Notes under the pieces: model-generated
What the model saw: the letters and a program-made list of their open reading frames with translations, nothing else
Told to the model about the DNA's origin: nothing
Databases searched by the model: none
Shown here: positions 12,301 to 23,000 of the stretch, piece after piece
Layout of the letters: the number at the start of each line of letters is the position of its first letter
Position numbering within the stretch: position 1 is the stretch's first letter
Assembly (NCBI GenBank): GCA_000708835.1
Contig: DF237647.1
Coordinates: forward strand, 1-42,571
DNA from: Klebsormidium nitens
Taxonomy: Eukaryota > Plantae > Klebsormidiophyceae
DNA: 42,571 nt
Direction of reading: 5' to 3'
Made by a program: the position numbers and the translations under genes

Positions 12301-12881
12301 GGCCACCTTGGATTTGATCAATGGGGCTCTGACCCATGCATCGACTTCCAATCAAAGTACATGACCCCTCCTATTCTGACTTCAACTCTGCCCATTGACC
12401 ATCAGAAAACTGCTGTTTAGAATCCAGACCAGAAAAGCTACCAGCTTACAACAGGATACAACCTTGCCATCCAGACCTGCATTTCACTGAGCGTTTTGCA
12501 AGCCCACACACTGATTAACCTGCACATAAGTGCACTGAGACAAAGGCCCGGGCCATTGGCACTCAAGGAGTAGGCTGCAGTGCTTCTGTAAAATGAGCCA
12601 CTGAACCCTGTTGCTTGGAGATCGAGGGCCACTTCTGAGCAGCAATGTTAAAGTTCGTCAGCTTGGCCTTGACGCAGAAACGGCATTTCGTTTTCGCTGC
12701 TGAAACAGCACTTTGAGTTGTCTCTCCTCACCTTGCCCAGCTCGTCCCGCTGGCCCGTCTCGCCTACCAGGATCGGGCGCCCACCCTCTTCCGCAAAAGT
12801 GTAGGAGATGGTTCTGCCCAGCTCGGTGATCACCCCCGAGATGAGGCACACCAAAGGGGCCCGTGCCTGGTGGCCCGCCAT
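6384..12881 (-). CDS. Sulfite oxidase (Moco + dimerisation domains) with an N-terminal degenerate SDR/Rossmann-like domain, 670 aa
   Basis: Eleven exons: 12881-12732, 11618-11340, 11007-10934, 10427-10297, 9819-9643, 9193-8906, 8538-8288, 7955-7706, 7296-7209, 6905-6680, 6482-6384 (2013 nt, all phases match). SO motifs: [65 protein letters not shown]. The SO identity is firm. Inclusion of exons 1-4 in the same transcript is inferred from splice-phase continuity. Confidence 0.85.
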
Positions 12882-12926
12882 GTCCCAGATCTATCCACCG
12901 ATCCCAGGACCAGCCAAGCTTGTTCA

Positions 12927-13043
12927 GAGAACGCTAGGCGCGTTGTGCGTAGCTCTCCTGCAACTTATCTAGCCGCTTCGGAATCCAGCCAACACTTACT
13001 CGGAGAACGCCAGGCTCGTTGAACAAAGCTCTCCAAACTTATC
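12927..13043. repeat. Imperfect ~43-bp direct repeat just upstream of the SDR-SO start codon
   Basis: GAGAACGCTAGGCGCGTTGTGCGTAGCTCTCCTGCAACTTATC (12927-12969) vs GAGAACGCCAGGCTCGTTGAACAAAGCTCTCCAAACTTATC (13003-13043), 34 of 43 aligned positions identical. Confidence 0.75.
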
Positions 13044-13424
13044 GCTGCTGAATGGTGCGTACGCCAGCTGGCGAGAAACAAGGACATTCTCTGTTTGGCA
13101 GGCTGTCAAAAGTCACTGAATGCCTAGTCCTACAAGCAAGGTGGACTGCTTCTGGCGCTCTGAGATACTCGGAATCCTTACGTACAGCTTTCAGTAGCAA
13201 CTTCGCATGCAAGTACAGGACTTATTAGCTGAGCGCGGCACTCACGCCGGTGGTCTGGCAGCCTTTCAGGTCAGTCAAAGGGCGCTTGCATTCCAGACTA
13301 GCCCTTACGATACCGGTACTGAACTTTGAAGCATCACCAGGCACAGAACATTTGCCCTCAGAATCCGGGACGAGCATTTATGATCTGCAGCTAGTGAGCT
13401 AGGGCGATTTGCATTCAATGCGCC

Positions 13425-13541
13425 TGCATGCTGCATGCCGCATGCATGCCACCGGCCGGCCACACGTGCGAGCTTGGCGACCGCGAACGCGGCCGCCCGG
13501 CGCGGCCCGCGCTTCAAAGGGGTTGGCAGCCAGTATATATA
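13425..13541. promoter_or_regulatory. Cluster of RY motifs, a G-box and a TATA-like box
   Basis: TGCATG at 13425 and 13432, CATGCATG at 13441-13448, CACGTG at 13463-13468, a GC-rich tract, then TATATATA at 13534-13541. Function and orientation are not shown by sequence alone. Confidence 0.45.
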
Positions 13542-14078
13542 CAAAGTTGCGATATGAGCCTATAGATATTAGTGTAGCTCTCGAGGGCGCAGCAGAAGCA
13601 ACGGCCGCCACAGCGGCTTCTAATACGTGACCCACGTCGTTCTTGCAGGCTATTGTGTAGGCATATGAGGGGCATGGCCAAAAATGGTCAGTATCCGTTA
13701 ATGCAGGTTTAGTCTTGCATTAGCAAACAAAGTCTGCAACCAGGTATATTCCTGTCTGCAACACTGAAATGAGGAACCTCAAACCTCCATGTGTTGTAGA
13801 AAGTCACGTCAGCTGCAGGTGAGACCCTTATCATCAAGTTGAGCTCCTCGCAAAAACCTGTGAGGGATTAGTATATCGATTCCACAAAGCTCAGTCCGAC
13901 AATGTGAAGTACGAACGATTTCAACAGAGAAATTAGCGAGGTAGCAGAAACATAGTTCTGTTTGCAACGTCTTATGTGCAATGTCCCCTCGCCCCTCAGG
14001 AATTGTCGACATCTGTAAGAGTACAATACAAGACCCCTCGTTATGTACAAGCGTGCAACGCAGAGCTTCCAAAGTTAC

Positions 14079-17000
14079 TTAGTCATCCAAGCCCACGACG
14101 GGCCGTTTCTGCCCGTCCTCTTCTTCGCCGCTCTCTTCCCCACTTTCCTCCTTCTCCCCCCCCACCTCGGCAGCCGGACCAGCACCCCCCTGAACCGAGA
14201 CTTTCTGGTCCTTCCCGTTCGCCAGACCCACATCGAGCTTGCGGGTCTGTCGGTGGAAGAGTTCCGCGATGTAGGAAGGGGGCGTGGAGTCTTCCGGCTT
14301 CTTGTCCGGCCGCGTCTGCGCAAGATGGCCACGTGGCTGTGAGCAGACGTGTTGCTGACGTGTTGCTGAGCAGCTGCGTAATTGACAATCACCGCTTCCG
14401 ACAGACACTTATACCCCGGTCATAACGGCCGAGCAAGAACAACTCACTGTAAATCCAAAGGTCGTTCCTCAACACTTTCAAAGCAGAACCAGTAACAAAA
14501 CCAATCCGCGGGTTTCGGTTGCGGCCGCCATTATCACAAACCAACGTTAAGCCCTATGGGGGAGTCAGAGGCAAATCTCCCAACGACAATATAAAGATGA
14601 TCACAAAAACACCTCTATCAAAAGTGCGCGACGTTGAATAAGTAAATTAAGGACGCGGCTCCCCACCTTGATCATACGCGGGAAGCGCATGGAGATGCCA
14701 CGTGTCGGGTGCACCAGCCCGGCCGCGGCCGCGTGCACGGGCGACACGGTGAGGTCCGCCCCGCGGATCTCCCACACGTCGTGCGGACGGAACCACACGT
14801 CCGGCTGCTCCAGCGTCCGGTAGTACGGCGGCTTCTGGTCCAGCTGCCGCTGCTCGCGGTACAGCTGCGTCGTCTGCGGGGAAAAGGGGCGTAACTAGGG
14901 ATGGGCTATTTTGAGGCGACTGCTGGTTTAGGATAATAGCTGGGTTGTCTGCAATGTTGCCGGGTAAGACAGGCCAGCTCAAGCCAGGCTAGACCCTGCT
15001 GACAACCCCTGAGTAGTCCTGGCGCCTTGCAGAGGTGAGAGGAACTTGGTTATTCTAACGGAAGAACCCCGCATCAACCAATTGCTTGGGTGGTAGTAGA
15101 TGGTCTTGAATCATGATCTAGCACCACAGAGAGCGGAAGAGTGTACCCGAGCAACTATATTACGGGAGCGATAGAAGTCTGATGCCGTGCCCAAGAGAAG
15201 GTCTCAATTCCTTTATAGGCGGCGTCCGCGCAACCGGCCATAATAACAGAAAACCTATTGGCGCATCAAGAACGATGACGGTAGCATTGCGCGATTGAAC
15301 AGTGCTTGGGGGAAGCTCCCGACCTCTTTGAAGAGATCGTCCGTGAAGCCGGACATGCTACCAGACTGGTCTTCGCGGCACATCAAGACATTTACGGTAG
15401 CGTTTGGGGCGTGCTCGGGGACTTCTACCGCCTTCTTTTCAAAAGACGTCCGTGAAGCCGGACATGCCACAGCAACAAACAAAACTTCGCGGTCGATCAA
15501 GAACGAACACAATAATGTTGCGCATTTGAAGCAGTGCTCGGGGTGAAGTCCCGACCTCTTTGTAGAAGACGTCCGTGAAGCCGGACATGCAGCGGCAGAC
15601 GCTCTGGTACTCCTCCCGGTCGGGGTCGTAGCAGCCCAACAGGAACGGACTGAACCAGCCCACCTGCGGACACACCGGACGCGAGCTTGAGCATACGAAT
15701 GACCGTCCGCACACGTGACGCGGCAATGCAAGGCCATTCCGACGCCAAGGGACAGTCAGACAATCCAAGTGGACGAACGATGGCAGCATTTAGTATAGAC
15801 CCTTACTGGAGTTGATGTTTCCCTGTATTTTTTTGCATTCCTGCGTTCTAACCTATTACTTTCCTGGCGGCCTCCTATGCAGCAACTCAACCGACTGGAG
15901 ACAACGGCGGCCTCAAAAGTTTACTTACGGGTTGCTCTTTTCATCAACGGACTCTGGCCGGTAAATTGCCGAATCCAACGATGTGCCGAGCAACATCTTC
16001 ACCTTGCAGATTGCCGTGATGGCGGAAACAACGCCACAGGACGTGGAAGTACAGCAGACCATCATGCCCTCTGCGATCCTGGACAGCGACACTATTGAAA
16101 CCATTGGTCATCCGAAAAAGCGCCTTACCTTTCGGCCCTGGCCGTACCAGGCACCAATGGGCACCAAGTCCAAGGAGTCGTTCAAACCCTCGATGTAGTC
16201 CTTCTTCACCTGCAAAAGGGTAACCGGTACTTGAGCCGACACTCGTACCTTTGCAAACGAAGTCGATTGCGGAGCCAATTGGCCATGGAGCAATCACAAC
16301 TTGGGAGACAAACAGCACTAAGAAACCTTCTGAAGTCTCGAAGTCCCGAAATGCTCGTAGAAAGCTCAGACACCTAACTTAAGCCGCGTCTTTCCGAAAG
16401 AGGGACAGAAAGCCATGTGAATCTATCATCAAACCCGAACTCTCAATTCCCGAAAGCTCCACGTGTCAGAGCGCGCAGAAAAGGCGCACCTTGAGCCAAG
16501 AGTCGCTGCGCTTGCTGGCGGCGTACCCCGCGTCTTTGTCGAGCGCTTTCACCATGATGCCCTCGCACGACGCCGCGAAGGCGTCCTGCAAAAAGGTCTG
16601 CAGCAGGGACGAGGTCGCCTCCAACTCGGGGTCCGACTCTGGCTCCTCCACCTGCAACAAAAAATCCTCGCCGCTCTAATTTCCCGCAATTGATGCTGGC
16701 TGGCGTTTGTGACGTGAGCATCTAGAAAATCCGGTCGTTTTAGAGGAAGTTCTGCGGTGATACTAATCGATCGGCATGGCGCCTGGATGAGGCCTGCCCA
16801 ACGGAATTGCGCTCACTTCAGGGGCATCGCGAGCAACTGCCAGAGTTGAATCTCTATCCGGCGGCATACGTCACCCCGCCAACCTCAAAGTCAAATTTTG
16901 AAAATTGGGTACCAAACTGCCAAGCCGACTTTTCGAGACCGTCAGACTTCAAGAATCCGCTCTCAAATCCTGAATGACAAGAATCAGCAGGGTAACCCAC

Positions 17001-20000
17001 CGTCGCTTCCCGCGCAAACTCGAAGTGCCCCGCCGAGTGTTTCGGAAACGCGGCGTGCATACGTCGGCGCCGCTCGCGGAACGACTCCTTCACCAGCGCC
17101 TGTCCGTCGACGAACATGAGGTCGAACGCGAAGACGCACACCGCGATCTTGACGTCAGCCAGCTCGATCTTGGTCTTCTCACCGCCGCGCGCGCGCGTGC
17201 TGAGCGTCTGGAAGGCCATCAGCTTGTTGCCCGCGCTGCGATCCACCGCGACCAACTGCGAAGCAGATTGGCATTTGCAAGTCAGCCGCTTGCGAAAGAC
17301 TCAGCCGGGCCCTCGATGACGCTCCTTGATTCAGTCATTGCGAGCTGGAGCGCTCCAAAACCTCTCGCCAGGGCGGAAGAACATTGCTGCTTGCCAGTTC
17401 ATGATGATGAATTTTGTGATCCGGGAGAGCCAGAGAACCGTTGTTCAGGGGCCGTTCACAAGGAGAAGTAAATTTGCTGGTTCGACCTCACCTTGACTAC
17501 TCATAGCGCTATCGGCAAGCTTCTGATTAGACGCAAAAAATCTTCAACATTCGACACCGCCGAAACGTCCGTACAAGAGACCGTACCTCAGCGTCGATGA
17601 TGAAGGACGAGCAGCCGCCACGTGCAGCCTGCTTGACGGTCGCGATGACGTCAGGGAACTTGGCCGTGTTGTCATCGCAATTGCGGGAAAAGATGCGCAC
17701 CGTCCCGTCCGGCAGCAAGTGGATCTGCGCGCGCTGTCCGTCGTACCTGCGGACAAGCAGACGAGATGACGTCCGGTGTTTGAATATCCTCCCGGAGAGG
17801 CTAGACGACGGGAAGACTGCGGACGCACCTAGGGCCAAAAGCTTTTGCGAGACGATACTTCATTCTGTCGGCCAATGCTAAGTCCCAAACGATGAAAGGA
17901 TGTTACAAAAACTGTTGGCGCTTCTTGAGTTCGTGAGTACCAAAACAAGACAGGACTGCATACACCGACAGGAAAGGCGACAAATTTTTCAACGGCTGAC
18001 AGATTGTTTTCTCTATGGCCGTTTGAGTGGGAGATTTCCTGAGCATGTTTCCAATGCCTGTACGTAATACAATCACATCATCTGGGACCTCTAAAAGTTC
18101 TCACTTGAACTCGGCGGTGAAGGCCTGGCTTTGGAACCTTTTGAGGACCTCCGGGATGCCGTTGGTGATCTTGGCGAGCATGGGCTTGATGGGCGTCCCA
18201 AGGGCGACCGCGCCCTGAGCGATCACTGCCTCGATGCCGCCCTCCACCAAAGTCGGCACTAGCACGTCCTGCGAATAGATACGCGACGTATAACTTTCTG
18301 AGGACGTACAATGTCCGCTGAAAATAAGAGCATACGGTAAGAGATACGTCTCACCCGCCTTACGCGCTTGCAGCGCTGAGCTTCCGGAAACGAACGTTGG
18401 TCTTCAAAATGTCTTACTTGTGTGATTGACCTCATCGGCACATTGCGGCTATGGGTACAAGTCGTAAAGGAAGGGCCCAAATTGACGTACTCTAAGGCGT
18501 TGGGGTTAACGAACGGGTGTTGACAAATGAGTCGAAGGCAAAACGGATTTAGAAACTGATCAGGAAAAAATCAGCTCAAAAGTCCGGACTCAAAATCAGC
18601 ACAAACCACCATCCGGCACGCACCAGGTTCGGACAAAAGTTGTACGCCTCAACGACGGCCGCGGACGCTTCCTGCAGCTTCGATTTCAGGCCGTTGATGG
18701 CAGGCCCGGCGGGGGCATCGGACGGCAGGGATTTGTGGATGACCACAGCTTGGGCCAGGGCGGGGAGCACGGTCTTCATCATGGCGCCGATGCGCATGTT
18801 GAGGATAAGCGTGCGGACCACAAACTGCGTCTCTTTCTCGCGGCACGCGCGCAAAAGTCCTAGCACAATGTTTTTCTTCCGGTTATTGCACCCCGGGCCG
18901 GTCTCCTTGCTGCACGGGATAAAACGGGGATCAGATTAATAGCATCTTCGAAGTTCACAGTGTCCTTCCAGATTTCAGGCTTTTCTGCGTGCTTGACGCG
19001 AAGGGTCTCACCTACGAACGAAACCTTTGAAGGCAGAGTTCTAGGGGGCTTTACGAAAATTTTGAAGTGGGACATTATGCACGGTGAAAAGACTGCTTGC
19101 GGCCTGTCAATCCCCTGGCTCTGCTTAACGTCGATAAAAGCTTGAGACCCGTTGGCTACATGATACTTGCACGGACAGGTTCTGGACAGGTTCTCTTCCA
19201 GCCCCATCTCAACTGGAGGCCGACGACTTTCGTTAAACCAGTTAGCTCCAAAATCGCCTACAGAAGAAACTTTCTTTACCGGGCTTGACAGCCTCCTTAC
19301 GGCCGACGAGCTGGTTCCCACCATTCTATCCCGAACGTTGCTCACAAGCCCACCTGATCTTACGCAGCGCCCGGTAGACCTGCGCCACCCGCAAGGGGGG
19401 CGGCGCCATGAGCGTCGCCTGGCGCTGCTTGCACGCGAGCGCCACGTCACCCAGATCCCCCAGAGAGTTGTACAGCTCGCGCATTTGCGCTTTCGACGTG
19501 CCGGTAGCTTCGGCGATGGCTGCCCCGACTGTGCTGCCCCCTATGCTCATGTCGACGTTCTCGAAGTCGGGGGCGACCCGGTTGGTGGACAGGTACACGG
19601 CGGGCAGAATGTCGTCCGGAGAAAGCGCGAGCAGGCTGCGGGTTGATTGAGAGGGCAAGGGGATTAGCAAGAATGGCACGCTGAGTATGTACTGATTTCT
19701 AGAGGTTGAAGATAAAAGTCGGTCGTAAGGGAAATCAGCAGACAGTGGCACCCTGATCAAGGACTGCTTTCCTAGAGATTGACGATAAGATGCAACAACC
19801 GTAGTCTTACCTGCTGAGCTTGTGGAGAAACCAACCGGATCCCAGGCCCAGCAAACAAAGCACTGAATGGCTACTTTGGTTAGAATGAGCTCTGCGAAGT
19901 TGTAATTCCGGCTACAAAAACTTGGATCCCTTCCGGAGATCCTCCTCCGGAAATGCTTGGAGGCTCATAACAAAACTCGTAGCTGCATGCTCAAAAACAA

Positions 20001-23000
20001 TTTCGGACTCTCACGCACCTCCTGAACATGTTGCACAGGATGTCCGCCATCTTGAGGCGGCCCCGCTCGCGCTCCAGGATCTCAAAGGTGCGCGCCAGGT
20101 GCAAATACGGCGCGGCCTCCCCGCGCGTCCAACACGCTGCACAGAAGGCAGAGTCCAGTTCGGTATCAGACCGTGGTGTGGTTGAGGTAAAGTTCCACTT
20201 AGGTCCCACATTGTCCCGGACTTCGTCGGAAAACAAGCAGCCATGGAACGCTTTAGCGATTTGGCAGACCCATAATCCATTGCTCGTCACCGCATGTCCA
20301 TACTTAAGTGGATCGGAATTGACAGGCTAAACAGTGACTCTACTTTCGGCGCACTCAAGGAGCGGTGTACTTCTCCCGCTATTTCGTCGATGCAAAGAGG
20401 GAGGTTTGCAACACCACTGATGGCTAGAAGTTGTGGCAGTCCACTATGGGGGCCTTGGCACAGTCAATCAGCAGACTGATTCACGGTAGGCCGTGGTTTT
20501 ACGAGGAGCCACTTACCGTGTCCAATCGGGTCGTACTTCGCCAATGAGAGCGTGACAGCTGTCCTCTCGCTCTCACTCGCGCCCAACTTCCCGGTCGCCA
20601 CCACGCCCCCCAGCTGCCTTTCGGAAGGAAGAACCTTGTTCCCCTTCTCGACTTCCTTGGCCCCATTTGCACCCCCCTTTTCTTCGGCAACCTCTTCCTT
20701 TTCTCCCCCCTCTTTAGAGTGCTCGCTATTTTGCGTCTGGCGCGCCTCTTGAGACTGTCGCACCTCTTGAGACTGCTGTTTGCCGTTCAGTTGCGACCCA
20801 AGGTCCCCGTCCCGCGGCGTCTCTGCGCGTGCGACGTGTTTGGATACACCATCCTCCTCTTTCTCTTTCGGCGGATCAACCTCTTCCGGAGACTTTTCCG
20901 CAAGAGCTCCCTCCTCCGTCGAACATGCCCCACCCTTCGCTTCTTGAGGCCCTGTAGCGACCCCATCCCGCTCCCCAGAAGCATGCGCCTTGCTGTCCCC
21001 TCCCCCCGTAACAGGCCCCTCCCGACTGTAAAACAGATCCAGCGCACGATTGACGTCACCCTCTGCTTCTTTCAGCAGAGCTTCCGCTTCCTCCTTCCCC
21101 AGACCGCCATCTAGCAGCCCAAGCAACTGACCCACGTTGGCTTCCAGGGACGCTGCCCCTTCTCCATCCGACTCTGTCCGCTCCCCCGCTTCTCTTGCTT
21201 CTGGATGCTTCCCTCCAAACTTATCGCCACCTTCTTTTGTATGTCCGCTCTCCATCCCATTGGTTTTCGCCCCACTGAGCCCCTTCGCCCCCATCGACGG
21301 CTGCTCTTTCTTCCCCCCGCCAAAGAAGCTCAAGATCGACGGCTGCTGCCGGTCCGTTTTCCCTTTCTTGGCGGCCCCGCCACCGGCCTTCGAAGCCGAC
21401 GCCCGTTTTCCAGCAACCTGACTCGCCACTCTTTTTCTTGCAGATACGGGCGTTCTGGGGGGGGTCCTCGTCTTCCCTGCTGCAGGCTGCGGAGCGCCCC
21501 CCCCTTTCGGACTCGGACTCGCTTCGGACGTCCGGTCCCTCCTGTCCGCCGTCTGCAGAACGCTGGGACCTTCGTCAGCCTCGTCCCCCGTAGCCCCTTG
21601 GATGACGTCAACACCAGCGTCGGCAACCGCGTCAGCAGCCACGTCAGCACCCGCATCCTGCCGCTCACCCTCCTCCTCATGTTCTCTTCGCAACTCTGCT
21701 TGTTTGACATTACGATCCTCTTCCCCGCCGTTTCTCTCTGCATCCGTTCGCCCCTCCTTCAAATCTTCAGCTGGTCCCCCTTCCGCATGATTAGCCGTGA
21801 CTTCCTCTGCGCACCCCCCATCGTAGAACCAGGTCACCGCCCCTGCAACGTCCCCCCCGGCGCGTGCCAGAAGCAACTCCGCCTTTGCGGCGGTCATTCC
21901 GGGCAGGATTGCGCGCAGTTGTTCTACCTTTTCAAGACTCCCATTCCCTTCCCCCTCAGACTCTCTCTGGCTCTCTTGGGCATGCTCGAGCGTTTCTTCC
22001 TTTACCCCCTTTTCCTCTACCTTCCTTTCTGCACCTGCGTTTGGACCAACAGTGTTGACCGGCGGGTCAACCCCCTGCAGCGCCTGCTTGTGAGCCTGTA
22101 TCCAGCTCAAGCCCTCCCCGGAACCCTTACCTAAATCTCCGTTTGCCACGTCCTCCTTTCTCTCGGGTTCGTCTTCCGCTGCCTCAATTTTCACTTCTGC
22201 CTTGACAGCCTCCTTCACTTTCGGCTTGATCTCAAGCGTCGTTCGCTTCGGAGCATTTCCCTTGCTCTTCTCCCCGTCAAACTTACGTTTGCCACGTCTG
22301 TTCAGCACAGGCGTCAGACGCCCCGGGAGGGGATCCTTTTTCTCAGCAACTAGAAGCGGATCCTTTTCCGCTTTCTCCCCGCCCTTCAACTTCGAACCCC
22401 GCTTTGGTCGACCCCGCCCCTTCCCGGTCTCCCCTTCTTCGCCGCTGACGTCACCTTCCGACCTGCTGACGTCAGCTTCCGAATCCACGTAATCCGGATC
22501 GTCTTTCGCCTGCACCTCTTCTTCCGCCTCGTCACTCTCGTCAAGCCCGTCCTCGTCTTTGACCGTGAGGTCCTGACACGTGTCATCCCGCTCAACAGGA
22601 TTCTGGCACGTGTCCTCATCCACCACATCAACGGCCAGCTCTGCTGCCAGCTCAAGCGCCGGCGGCTTGCTTCCCGAGCCGCTCCTCTGGAAGCTCCGCA
22701 GGAATCGCCGCTTGCCCTCGGTCTCATCGACCAAATTCCTGTATGAATCAGATTGGAATCCAGATCGAAACTGGTTCCGAAGAGAAGTTGCTTGGGTACT
22801 GTGCGTCAGAGACTGGAATCACTGGTGAAAGTAAACGCGCAGATGAAGTGGAAAATGAAGAATACGAAAAGAAGGCTTTCCACGGATCGTTTGCTGGTTA
22901 TTTTCGCACTGCGTGATCTGAAAATCGATTTCGCCCACAGTGACAACATGAACGGCTCTTCTGGGTCTTTTGCTTTGCGAGCTATGCAAAGCCTTTATAT

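Noticed and set aside
14079-20136. Calling the ligase core a stand-alone LIG1
   Set aside because: The exons continue in phase upstream through the acidic linker into a beta-CASP nuclease, which is the LIG6 architecture.
21205-22134. 309-aa + strand ORF
   Set aside because: It is an antisense shadow of LIG6 exon 5. Its L/F/P/R-rich composition mirrors the GAA/GAG-rich coding strand.
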